Source: the human T2T-CHM13v2.0 reference genome, Homo sapiens
Direction: 5' to 3' (one strand)
NCBI RefSeq assembly: GCF_009914755.1
Contig: NC_060932.1
Length of the DNA stretch: 64,000 nt
A program made the position numbers and the translations under genes. The notes below the pieces were generated by a model, which made no database searches, had not been told where the DNA came from, and was given only the letters and a program-made list of their open reading frames with translations. This document shows positions 44,305 to 58,094 of this stretch, in pieces. The first letter of the stretch is position 1; each line of letters opens with the position of its first letter.

Positions 44305-44912
44305 GCAACGGCAACCAAAATAACATGGTACTGGTTGGTACCAAAGCATACATATAGACCAATGGAACAGAACGGAGACCTCAGAAATTACACATCTACA
44401 GCCATCTGATCTTCGACAAACTTGACAAAAACAAGTAATGGGGAAAGGATCTCCTATTCAATAAATGGTGCTGGGAAAACTGGCTAGCCATATGCAGAAA
44501 ACTGAAACTGGATCTCTTCCTTACACTTTATACAAAAATTAACTCAAGGTGGATTAAAGACTTAAATGTAAAACCCAAAACCATCAAAACCCTAGAAGAA
44601 AACTTAGGCAATATCATTCAGGACATAGGCATGGGCAAAGACTTCATGACAAAAACGCCAAAAGCAATTGCAACAAAAGCCAAAATTGACAAATGGGATC
44701 TAATTAAACTAAAGAGCTTCTGCACAGCAAAAGAAACTATCATCAGAGTGAACAGGCAACCTACAGAATGGGAAAAAATTCTTGTAATCTATCAATGTGA
44801 CAAAGGTCTAATATCTAGAATTCACAAGGAACTTGAACAAATTTAAAAGAAAAAAACAACCGCATCAAAAATTGGGTGAAGGATATAAACAGACACTTCT
44901 CAAAAGGACATT
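44305..44912 (+). mobile_element. Younger L1PA internal ORF2 fragment (no 3' end)
   Basis: ORF 44631-44846 [35 protein letters not shown] is near-consensus L1PA. Confidence 0.9.
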
Positions 44913-47499
44913 TTAATAAATCTGTTAAAAAGTTAGTAGAACTAAAAAGTGAGTTTAGCAAGGTCCCAGGTTACAAGGTCCATATACAAAATCAACTATA
45001 TCAACTACCTTAGACAAATCAAATAGAAAAAAAATCTCAAACAAAAACATACAAATTGAAATAAAAATGCAATTTCATTTATAATAGCATCTCTGGGAAT
45101 AAAATATCTAGAAATAATGTATAAAAATATGTGCAAGACCTGTACACTGAAAACTACAAAACTTCTTGTAAAAAAATTAAAAAGCCTATGTGACTTGAGA
45201 AAAATATTCATAAGTTGAAACATGCAAAATTTTAAAGATGTTGATTTATTCTAAATTCATCAACAGATAAAACAAATCCAATCAAAATTACATCATGTTT
45301 TAAACTGACAAGCTGATTCTCAAATATATGTGGAAGTGTGAATGGCCCATAACCACCAGTAAAATATTAAAGTGAAAAAGCAAACTTAAAGAATTTATAT
45401 GATCTAGTTTTAGTTCTAAGTATAAAGCATTTTTACATTAAAACAGTGTGGTGAAGGATTCACATATACATAAGTAAAATGGAATAAAGTTCCCAAAAAT
45501 AGACCTATACATATAAGGTCAGTTTATTTTCTATTAAGCTGTGAAAGCATTTCAATGAGAAAAGGAGTGTCTTTTCAACCAATTGTGCTGGAATAACTGG
45601 ATAGTCACATAAAGAAACTAAAAATTTACCTTATATCACTTCATCTCAAACCTTCATAGGCTTAAATGTAAATGCTAAGCTTATATAACTAGTGGAATAA
45701 ATACCTGTGAACTTGGGTTAAACGAAGACTTTGATAAGACACAAAAAGCAAAATCTACAAAAGACAAAAAGATAAGTCAAACTTTATCCAAATTATGACT
45801 TTTGTTCCTTACAGGACACAATAAAAAATAAAGCTACAAATATATGTATACATAAATTTGTGTCCTGAATGAAAAAAATAAAAAGACAAGCTTCTATAAC
45901 TCAATAGTAAGGCAAAAAGCCTAATAAAAATGGACAAAATCTTTTCTGACAAACACTTCACTAGAAGAGATGTATGAATGACCAATAAGCACCTAAAAAG
46001 GATGCACATCATTCCACATTGGAATGCCACTATGTGTAGTAGCTAAAATAAAATACTGACATACTAAGTGGTGGTGAAGAAAACGTGGAGCAACTGGTGC
46101 TCTCATACCTTTTGGTGAATAGGAAAGTTTTGGGCAGTTTCTAAAAAATTTAAATACACACTTATTACATAACCAAGTCATTCAAGTCATAGGTTTGTCA
46201 CCAAAGGAAATAAAAATAAATGTTCATACATAAACCTGTGTTCACATTTTTGTAGCTATTTTTCATAAAATCACCAAATTAGAAATAAGTCAAATGCCAA
46301 TGACTTTGAAATGGATAAACAAAATGTAGTATATCCATACAGTTGAATACTAATCAGCAATAAAATAAAACAAATTACTGACTCACACTACAACATAGAT
46401 AAAACTTAAAATAATTAATAGAAAGTATCCAGGCCCAGAAGTCTATACAATGTATTATACCACTTATATGAATTCTAGAAATTTGAACTATTCATCATGG
46501 CAACAACAGATCATCCTTCACTTGAGGAGGATGTTGGAGGGATGCATGGACTAAGGGGCACAGGAACTTTGGGGATGAAGGAAATGTGTCTTTTAATTGT
46601 TGCTGCCATTTAGTGACTGACTATAACTGTCAAAACTTATGAAATTGTATACTTTAAAAGGATGCTGTTTCTTGTGCAAAAATGATATCCTAATAGAGTT
46701 AATTAAAACAGTAAAAGAAACTGGTAATCTGTGCCTCATTCAATGTCAAAGTTGCTATGAACCTTGTTTGCTGCATGCTTTGCTGTTTCCCTCTGTTGCT
46801 GGGAGGTTTCTACTGTGTTACTCCTACATCTCCGATTCAGAGAAATGGCGTTTGAGGAGTTTCACCTCAGGAACAAATCCAAAGAGCTTCATCTGCAGTT
46901 GTTTTGTTCTTCTCCTGGTATAATAAGTGTTTCTAATAAAAAACAATGAACAAATATTAATAAGCAATCAATTAGTGAAAGAACATCACGATGAAACATG
47001 GAGTGGCCCTGGCCCATGGAAGTCATCCTTTTTGGAGCAGAGTGCATTAAGCCTAGGACTTGAAGGTGGATAGGATTTGAACAATTGAAGGACACGGAAA
47101 GATCTAGACAATGGTGACAAAGGGAAAAAGCAGAACTCGAACTAATGTGCTGGGAAGTAAATAGCAGATTGCTTGAGGAAGAATAAATTTGATAAGCTCA
47201 TCTGCATCTCAACCTAATTTTGATGAGAAGATCCTTGGTCTTGGCCTCAGCCTCAGCCTGCTGTTGCTGCAGGCAGTGGAGAGATGCAAAGCACTAGCTA
47301 CCCCATCACTCCTCAGAACCAGGGGAAAGCATAAAGGATTTGCACTATTCCAAGCCCCTCAGCATTTCTGAGTGTATTGACATGCACCAGTAGATAACTG
47401 GAAGACACTCTTCTGTACAGACTGCTCTACGTCTCTCCTCTCCTTTACCATGACAGTTTAATCAAAGAGCCATTTCTGTATTTTCTGTTTCCATTTTCT

Positions 47500-49025
47500 C
47501 CTATTTGTTTACTCTCAACTCTTCTCAAATGCATTCCTGTCCCATCATTGCACTGAAACCCTCTTAACTGAGATCAACAATCACTTTTTATCAAATAAGA
47601 CATATTTTTAATTTCGTTAGTATTTTAGCTTTCCATAACATTAGGCAATATCGACGTTTTATTCTTTCTTGAGACACCCTTCCCTTGGCCTCTATGTCAT
47701 AATCTGTCACAGTTTTTAAATTTGCTGTAGCTGCTCCTTTTCATATGACCCCGCTATCTCTTCCTTCCTACAAGACATTTAGATATCAGTTTTTTAACTT
47801 TCGGCCTCAAGCCCTCTTCTCTTCTTGCACTATACTCTATCCATCCACAGCCATGCTTTCAATTACCATGTATAAGTGACTTCAGGCCACTCCACTGAGG
47901 TCCAGATCTATTTAGCAGCTGCTTTTCCAATATCTATACTATCTGTCTCAAATACATGTCATAGTCAACATGCTCAGGAATAAAGTCATGCTCTATTTCC
48001 TCAATAATTACTTTTTCTTGTGATCCCCAATTTCATAATTGCATCTATTTGGTTTTGCTAGCCAGAAATTTAGAAGTCATTTTAAACATTTATTTGGCCT
48101 CCTCTTTCACATTGTACCAGCACCAAGTTTCAGTAACTTTTTTCTGTTTCTGTCTACATCACCCTACTCCAGTTTTTCTCCACTGGAGCACTATTAGCAT
48201 CTTGGGAGAAGATTCATTTGTTGTAGGCGACTATCTTCTGCAATGCAGCACATTTAGTGTCTTGGCTGTCGCTTAATAAATGCTGTTAGATTTTGTATCC
48301 ACTGTGACATCCAAAATTCCCACACTCATTTGTAAACGTCCCTGGAGGAGTGAGCACCTTTCTTCTGATTGAGAACTGTTGTCTTGTCCAAGTTGCTGAC
48401 ATTTCTTGCATGCATTTAAATAGCCATTTGTGTCTTCCCTTGGTCATTTCCCCAACTCTGTGCTAGTCTTCTCCCTACACTGTAGCACTGATAGTTTCAA
48501 AGGTTAAAACTGATAATATCACCAATAAAATCCTACCTGCTTAAAAATTCTTCCACTGTTGCCAATTGTCATTAGGATAAAGATCTCTGGCCCAGGATGG
48601 GTGTCCACTGATGCCATCTGTGAGGCAACACACTGAACAATTTCCCTTCCTTGACCACACTAATGCTCCATCTTTCATGGAACTTTCACATGCAGATATG
48701 TTTCTTCTCCCTGAAACATGCGTTCCTCCCCCTGTGACTAGATTACCGTTAAATATTTTATATCTCAGCTTATTACCTCCTCAAGAAGGCTTTTCTAATT
48801 CCATAGTTTAAATACTTCCATAAAGCCATGTTTTATTTTTCTTTAGAGCAATTATTTCAGTTACTTATTTTATAGTCATTGTGATTACTAAATTATTAAA
48901 TTTTAATTTCCATAGAAATAGGGATCATGTCTATTTTTCTTCACCAATTTTATTCTTAGTCCCTATCTTGTTGTCCCTTAGCCCCTACCTCACTGATGCT
49001 GACCAAATGTTTATGGAAAGAAATC
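47500..49025 (+). mobile_element. L2
   Basis: CCATCATTGCACTGAAAC; TCCAGATCTATTTAGCAGCTGC; TTAGGATAAA; GGGATCATGTCT..CAAATGTTTATGGAA tail. Confidence 0.8.
48170..48381. mobile_element. MER20 (hAT-Charlie) inserted in L2
   Basis: CAGTTTTTCTC..GCACTATTAGCATCTTGGG..TGTGACATCCAAAA..TTGAGAACTGTTG. Confidence 0.7.
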
Positions 49026-49425
49026 AATATGTATTTGTAGGAAAGGTAGACCACCTCGAGTTCCTTTCATGATTGTCATTGTACAATCAGTATTTCTCAG
49101 GCAATTGAGAAATTGCCTCAATTCCCTCTATTTCTCAATATTTCCATTGAGAAATAGAAGATTAGTTGAAACATCTCTTAGAGGAATCTCACAATGTAAA
49201 TATCATATGTATTGAAATGTAGAAAAAGTAGATGAAAGGAGAAAAAACAGTGGGTGTGTCAAGGATAGTTTTTGAAAATTATACTTGTTCTAATTTGATT
49301 GACTAGCAGCTAAAAAAGGGTATTTCACACTCAAGTGACCAAAACCTATAACTCATGCTCTATGAATTTAGGCTAAACTGAATAGAAGCTTGTTTCCACT
49401 GTGTGTTAGTATATTTAATCTGTAG

Positions 49426-49449
49426 GTGGAGATGTTCTTTCATGCCGAG
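49426..49449 (+). other. Candidate 24-nt microexon
   Basis: TCTGTAG|GTGGAGATGTTCTTTCATGCCGAG|GTAAGA. Confidence 0.3.
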
Positions 49450-50824
49450 GTAAGAGCATATCATAGAGATATGTGTTTTGATTTGATTATCACGTGCCGA
49501 TTCTTCCGTGAAATGGTATATAAGGCTCTCAGTAAGGCAGCTGGGGACCTGCAATGTGCAGGAAAGAGATGTATTCCTCACTTTGTTCCTGAGGCTGAAT
49601 ATAAAGACATCTTCATTCTCTAAACATTATTAGCAAGTTACTAAAGGAAGCAAACATAGCTATAGAACCAGATGGATGTTTACATAAAATAAATACAGAG
49701 CTTTAAAAATGTACACATAAAACAATTACTAGCTCAGAGAAATGTAACAGTGAAAAGTAAGCTCCTGAGCCTAGTGGGTTTAATTAAGACCGTGTTTCCT
49801 GAACCTAGGGGCTTCAGGATCACTGGGTTGGCAGAGGAGGGACGGAAGGAAGAGAAAAGGGAAATATTTTGATGAATAGGATTTCAGTTAAATTGGAGCA
49901 GTACTTAGGGCTTCATTTCGATAAACACAAATAAAGGGGGATTTTAAAACATGCCAGTAGATCATTGTTAATATCCCTTCAAGGATTCCATAAATCTGTA
50001 GAGATGGATAACAGTGTTTGGAAATTATGAAGAAGAAAACTTTTCATTTGCATCTGGATTTATGATATGAAATTTTCTTCCTATTCCTTCTTTACTGGGG
50101 TGTGTGTGTTAGTCTTATTGTGACTATAGATGCTGGTGCAACAAAAATACCCTAATTACTGCTGATTTTTAGAAGGAATGTTAATTTATTTTACCATTGT
50201 CACTGGGGTGGAATTGAAGAAATTATGGGTAATTAGCTAATTAACCATATAATTGGCTATATTGGAAATAATATTGTATGCTTTAATTATAGAAAGTTTA
50301 GGCAAATACGTTAGTTGGGAATACAAATTTATAAATAGCTGCTGAAAATGTAAGTATGAAAGAATACAAACTCATACAATCTATATGCAACATACTTCAT
50401 GCAGCTTTGTGAACAATTATTGTTAGCTTAGATCAGGTATCTGATTGTTAAGTCCTGACAGGTTGAATTATATATGCTGTAGGATATGTCTTGTTTCATC
50501 TCAATCTTCCTTTCCAAATTTCTGAGAGCTGCTTTCACAAATAGGGATTCCCCTGTTCCCAATCCAATGACTGCACTACTAGCTTCCTGCATCCCTTGTT
50601 TTTATTTTTTTATCACCATGCTAGGTATGGCTGTGCCTAATAGGCTCTGACTTTTCTGCTGACTCCATGAGACACTTTCAGTGTAAATTTGACCTTAAAT
50701 GATTTTTGGCAAAGGTGAGACCCTGATGCCACTCTATCTCTGAATCTTAGAGACAGTTGAGAATTTTGCTCACTGAATTTGTTTTTGTTCATAGATTCTC
50801 TGCTCATTCTTCTATTCCTTTGTT

Positions 50825-51745
50825 TACTTATTCAATAAACATTTGCTTGGTGTCCACTGTGCACCTATAGTGTGCTCTAGTCCCTTCCCTTAAGGAGGTT
50901 ATATTCTTTGTGTGTACTGTGAAACGCAGTGTGTGCAGGTGTGATGTGTGTAGGTGTGTGTGTGTTGGTGATTCTGTGTTTGTATGGGTAAGAGTACAGT
51001 GCTCAGACATACACAGCACATTGCAGTTGAGTGTGATCTTTTACAGAATTATAGGAAAATGGTGCTGGGGCAGCATTCTGAGGTGGGCACAGACCTATGT
51101 TTTGGAGAAACCTAGAAAGTGCATAGAGAGGACTTCATGGAAGAAGCAAAGCTTGAGGAGAACTCAGGCAGACACATAGGGTAGCCTGGGCTGGAGGGCA
51201 GGGGGAGAGGCATGAACGTATGTTACCTTTGAAGAGTTGGAAGCCGTTCAGCACAACTTGGAGACACGAGTCACTCCTTACTGGAGAGGTTATTGGGTGG
51301 AAAGATGAACATGAGATAGACAAATCAACTTTAAAAATTTTCTCTTTACTGGCAAATGGTGATTGCTTATGCACTATATGTCAAGCACCATGCTAAGCAT
51401 TTGGGTCCCTTGTCAGAACAACACAGTGCCCACCCTCTAGTGGTGATGTCAAATCTCCTCATACACGATACAAATATTAGGAATTTATCATGTCGGCCAT
51501 GGGAACTATTGAAGAATTTTTAACCTTTGTATGATTTAATCAGGATTATATTTTAATAATACAGAGGGGGCCTACTCTAGCAGTATGGGAAAGGAAATGG
51601 GAGAAACATATCTAGAACCAGAAGACCATTTTCAGAAGGTACTTCCAAGTTCTTGCTGGGAAATAAAGAAGTAATGGCAGCAATGCTCAAGGGAAGAGGG
51701 GACTAAGAGGCCTAAGAGTTTGGATTGACAAGACTTGGTTGAAGT
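50825..51745 (-). mobile_element. L2 fragments with a degenerate TG tract
   Basis: TTATTCAATAAACATTTG tail (reverse complement); GGGAACTATTGAAGAATTTT; GATTGACAAGACTTGGT. Confidence 0.6.
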
Positions 51746-51859
51746 GGAACCATCCATAATTCATATCTATGTACATGTGTATAACACCGATCTCTCTAGC
51801 AATCAGTTTGGGATGATTTGGGTAGGGAGTGCATTTGGGCAACAAATATATTAATTAAT

Positions 51860-52920
<1,061 letters not shown>

Positions 52921-53410
52921 AGTCATTGATACGTTCAAGTACAGGAAGCTGGGGTGGCTTGGGGGGTAGTAAGTAGTACTCTGGTGGTTGGTGACATGCA
53001 GTCTGCGAATATATGGAAGGGGATACCCAGTCTGGGTGGAGGCATTAGCATTAGACCAAAGCTCGCACCTCTGCCTCTGAAGAAGTGGAACTGAGCAAAA
53101 AACAACAGGGCTGCAAGTAAAACTGGAGAGTGACTGAAAAAGTTCATACGATACCATCCATATCTCCTTGAAGTCCTAAGCAAAATTATCTTCTCACATT
53201 AGAGACTAGAATATCTTAAAATGCTTGAGAACTAATGAAACTTTCAAATAAAAGAGAAAAGCAGAAGAAAGCAAGACTTGGAGCTTGTCAGAGGCCCTGT
53301 GAGGGAATGTGGAGTTGGGTAGATATCCTGTTTGATGGAAGGCCCTGTGGTCGTAGACACAGCCATGAGCTGGGCCACTACAGAAAGGAGCAAGAAAACA
53401 AATTCAAGTG

Positions 53411-53480
53411 GTGGTGCTCCTGGAGCGTCCTGTGGTGCTCCCCTGGTGCTCCTGTGGTGCTCCCATGGTGCTCCTATGGG
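53411..53480. repeat. 11-bp minisatellite NTGGTGCTCCY, about 6 units
   Basis: GTGGTGCTCCT GGAGCGTCCT GTGGTGCTCCC CTGGTGCTCCT GTGGTGCTCCC ATGGTGCTCCT. Confidence 0.85.
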
Positions 53481-53919
53481 CCCACAGCTGCAGCAGGCCA
53501 AAGCTGGAGACTGGGACAGGCGAGCAGTGGAATGGGCCAATTCTGAGGTCTCTGGTGCTCCAGCTTTGGTGTGGCAGGAGTGGGGCTGACAGACTGAGGA
53601 AAGGGAGGGGTTCCAAGTTGGGTGAGGGGAGCACCTGCATCCAAGAGCAGGAGGCTGGAGGAGGGGACGGTAGACTGACTGCAAGAGCTGTGGGTTCACC
53701 ATGCACACCCTCCTGTGTTCTGGCCTGATCTGCCTGGAGTTCTATTATGAAGTCTTCACAATTCCTTCCCTCTCCACTCCCGTACTCCCCTCCCCTTTCC
53801 TCTTCTCACCTTTTCCCTTTTTTTTTTTTGGGGGGGGGGGTTTAAATTAACCAGAATATGTTTCTGCAATTTGTGATTTAGTTTTCTGACTAGCAAACTG
53901 TTGAAATGTTTTAGAAATA

Positions 53920-54225
53920 TACTTTATTTTTTAGAATGGTTCACGGCAAATTGAGGAGAAGATAAAGGGTTCCCATCTACCCTGTCCCCACACGTAGATA
54001 GCCCTGCCACTATCAACATCATCCAGCAGTGTGGCATGTTTGTTACAACTGACGAACCTATTGACACCTTATTGTCACCCAACGTCTGTAGTTTATATGA
54101 GGGTTACTCTTGATGTTGTACATTCTATGGGTTTGGAAAAATGTATAATGACACATATCTATCATTATGGTATCACACAGAGTATTTTCACTTCCCTAGA
54201 AATTCTCTGTGCTCTAGCTATTCAT
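53920..54225 (-). mobile_element. L1MC/MD-type 3' end
   Basis: CACTATCAACATC..TTTGTTACAACTGACGAACCTA..GTACATTCTATGGGTTTGG. Confidence 0.8.
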
Positions 54226-54681
54226 CTTAAAAGTTTTTATGGCTTTATGTTCCTCTCAGATAAAATATCAAATTAGAGGAAAATCTGAGGTCCTTTTGTG
54301 GTGTGGCCTCTGCTTCCCTCTTGATGGAAGGACCTGTGGTCATAGAGACAGCCCTGAGCTGGGGGCACGATCGGCTGCCTGCTCCTCTCCTCTCCCCAGC
54401 AGGCTACAAGAATCCTGAGGACTTTCAGAAGCACAAAGCCATCTTAATCTTCTCACACTCAGGCCACTGAAAACGCTGAGGCCAAACCTCTAAAAGCCAT
54501 CTGATCTCACTTAGGAGATGAAAAGTGCTATTTTGTTCTTGTTGGACTCAAAAGCTAACTGCCAAGGGACTATGGGAATGGAATTTCATTATTGTTTAGA
54601 AAAAAATATGAATATTGACTTAGGAAAATTAGAAGATGTTTTTTACTCTCATTCAAATTATCGTAGGAAAGGGAAAATTAT

Positions 54682-57360
54682 CATTTTATTTATTTTATTT
54701 TATTTCAATAGTTTTTGGAGAACAGGTGGCGTTTAGTTACATAGATATGTTATTTAGTGGTGATTTCTGAGATTTGATGGCACTCATCTCCCAAGCAGTG
54801 TACATTTACCTAATGTGTAGCCTTTTATCCCTCACCCACCTCCCGCCTTTGCCGGAGCGTCCCCAAAGTCCATTACATCATTCTTATGCCTTTGCATCCT
54901 CATAACTTAGCTTCCACTTATAAATGAGAACAAATGATATTTGGTTTTTTATTCCTGAGTTACTTCACTTAGAATGATCATCTGCAACTCCATCCGTGTT
55001 GCTGGGAATGCCATTATTTCATTCCTTTTCAAGGCTGAATACTATTTCATGCTGTACACATATCACATTTTCTTTATCCACTCATTGGTTTATGGGCATT
55101 TAGGCTGGTTCCATAGTTTTGCAATTGTGAATTGTGCTGCTATAAACATCCATATGCAAGACTCTTTTTAATATAATAGCTTCTTTTCCCTTGGGTAGGC
55201 ACCCAGTAGTGGGATTGCTGGATAGAATGGTGGTTCTACTGTTAGTTCTTTAAATAATTTCCACGTTGTTTTCTATAGTGTTTTGTACTAGTTTACATTC
55301 CCACTGGCAGTGCAAAACTGTTCCCTTTTCACCACATCCACACTAACATCTGTTATTTATTTTTTAATTATGGACATTCTTACAGGAGTAAGGTGGTATC
55401 TCATTTTGGTTTTTATTTGCATTTCCCTGATAATTAGTGATGTTCAGCATTTTTCATATGTTTGTTGGCCATTTGTATATCTTCTCTGAGAATTTTCTAT
55501 TCATGTCTTTTGCCCACTTTTTGATGGGATATATTTTTTTCTTGCTGATTTGTTTGAGTTCTTTATAGATTCTGGATATTAGTCCTTTGTCAGATGCATA
55601 GATTGTGAAGATTTTCTCCCATTCTGTGAGTTGTCTGTTTACTCTGCTGATTATTTCTTTTGCTGTGCAAAAGCTTGTTAATTTAGTTAAATCCCATCTA
55701 TTTATCTTTGTTTTTGTTGCATTTGCTTTTGAGTTCCTGGTCATGCACGCTTTTCCTAAGCCAACGTCTAGAGGAGTTTTTTTTTTTTTGATGTTATCTT
55801 CTAGAATTTTTATAGTTTCAGATCTTAGATTTAAGTCTTTTATCCCCCTTGAGTTGATTTTTGCATAAGGTGAGAGATGAGGATCGTTTCATTCTTCTAC
55901 TTGGGGCTAGCCAATTATCCCAGAAACATTTGTTGATTAGGGCATTCTTTCCCCACTTTGTGTTTTTGTTTGCTTGTTGAAGATCAGTTGGCTGTAAGTA
56001 TTTGGCTTTATTTCTGGGTTCTCTATTCTGTTCCACTGGTCAACATGACATTTTTATACCAGTATCATGCTGTTTTGGTAACTATAACCTTGTAGTATAG
56101 TTTGAAGTAAGGTAATGTGATGCCTTCAGTTTTGTTCTTTTTACTTTGTCTTGCTTTGACTATGCAGGCTCTTCTTTGGTTCCCTGTGAATTTTAGGATT
56201 GTTTTTTCTAGTTCTGTGAAGAATGATGATGGCATTTTTATGGGAATTGCATTTAATGTGTAGCTTGATTTTAGCAGTATGGTCATTTTCACAATATTGA
56301 TTCTACCAATTTAGAAGCATGGGATGCGTTTCCATTTGTTTGTGTCATCCCCTGAGTTCTTTCAGCAGTGTTTTGTAGTTTTCCTTGTAGAAATCTTTCA
56401 CCTCCTTGGTTAGGTATATTTCTAAGTATTTTATTTTTTTGCAACAGTTGTAAAAGAGATTGTGTTCTTGATTTGATTCTTTGCTTGGTTGTTGTTGGTA
56501 TATAGCAGTGCTACTGATTTGTGTACATTGATTTTGTATCCTGATAATTTACTGAATTCATTTTTCAGATCTAGGAGCTTTTTGGATGAGTCTTTAGGGT
56601 TTTCTAGGTATACAGTCATATCATTGGGGAACAGGAACCGTTTGACTTTCTCTTTACTGATTTGGATGCCCTTTAGTTATTTCTCTTGTTGATTGCTCTG
56701 ACTAGGACTTCCAGTATTATGTTCAAGGGATAAAAGTAGGCATCCTTGTTTTGTTCCAGTTCTCATGGGGAATGCTTTCAAGTTTGCCCTGCTCAGTATA
56801 ATTTGGCTATGGGTTTCTCATAGATGGCTTTTATTAACTTGAGGTATGTCCTTTCTATGCCAATTTTGGTGGGGGTTTTTATCATAAAGTGATGCTGGAT
56901 TTTGTAAAATGCTTTTTCTGCATCTATTGAGATGATCATACTATTTTTGTTTTTAATTCTGTTTATGTGCTGTATTACATTTATTGACTTGTGTATGTTG
57001 AACCATCCCTGTATCCCACTTGATCATGATGTATTATCTTTTTGATATGCTGTTGGATTTGGTTAGCTAATATTTCATTGAGGATTTTTGCATCTATGTT
57101 CTTCAGGGATATTGGTCAGTAGTTTTCCTTTTTTTTGTTATGTCCTTTCCTGGTTTTGGTACTAGGGCAATACTGGCTTCACAGAATAACTTAGGGAGGA
57201 TTCTCTCTTTCAATATCTTTTGGAATATTTTTAGCAGTATTGGTACCAATTCTGCTTTGAATGTCTGATAGAATTCAGCTGTGAAATCATCTGTCCCTGG
57301 ATGATTTTTTTGGCAGTTTTTAAAATTACCATTTCAATTTCGCTACTTATTATTGGTTTG
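54682..57360 (-). mobile_element. L1PB1-like 3' portion (ORF2 RT to 3' UTR)
   Basis: L1PB-type 3' end TTTCAATAGTTTTTGGAGAACAGGTGG; ORFs 55454-56619 are ORF2 pieces. Confidence 0.93.
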
Positions 57361-58080
57361 ATAATTGGTGTTCCTGAGGATAAGATAAATTTAAAAGTTT
57401 GGAAAACTTATTTGAGAGAGTTCTTGAGGAACTCTTCCCTGGCCTTGCTAGAGATCTAGACATCCAAATAAAAGAAGCTCAAAGGACACTTTGGAAATTT
57501 ATCACAAAAACATCATCACCCAGTCATATAGTCATCAGGTTTTCTAAAGTCAAGATAAAGGAAAGAATATTAACAGCTGTGAGGCAAAAGCATTAGGTAA
57601 CCTATAATGGAAAAGCAATCAGATTAGTTGATTTCTTGGCAGAAACCTTTACAAGCCAGAAGGGATTGGGGTTCTATCTTTAGCTTCCCCAAACAAAATT
57701 ATTGATAGTTAAGAAATCAGTATCCAGCGAAACTAAGCTTCAGAAATGAAGGAGAGTTAGTCTTTTTCAGAAGAACAAATGCCGAATTTGCCACTACCAA
57801 GCTAGCACTACAGGAAATGCTAAAATGAGTTTGAAATCTTGAAACAAAACCTCAAAATACACCAAAACAGAACCTCCTTAAAGCATAAATCTCAGAGGGC
57901 CTATAAAACAATACCACAATGAAAAAAAAGTTATTTAAGCAAGAACTAGCAGGATGCATAGAATAGTACCTCACATATCAATACTAACATTGAATGTAAA
58001 TGACCTAAATGCTCCACTTAAAAGATATAGAATGGCAGAATGGATAAAAATCCACCAACTAAGTATCTTCTGTCTCCAAG
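57361..58080 (+). mobile_element. Inverted 5' segment of an L1PB (ORF1 C-terminal half and ORF2 start)
   Basis: ORF1 ENLFE..LDIQIKEAQRT; ORF2 start MHRIVPHISILTLNVNDLNAPLKRYRMAEWI. Confidence 0.92.
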
Positions 58081-58094
58081 TATCTTCTGCATGT

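Noticed and set aside
46730-46930. Exon-like mixed-composition stretch after the L1 3' end
   Set aside because: No convincing acceptor/donor pair and no recognisable peptide on either strand.
53235-53728. Five overlapping ORFs up to 154 aa
   Set aside because: Caused by the GC-rich minisatellite region; translations are low complexity.
53818-53843. Adjacent T-run and G-run
   Set aside because: Simple homopolymers, error-prone in sequencing; no further structure.
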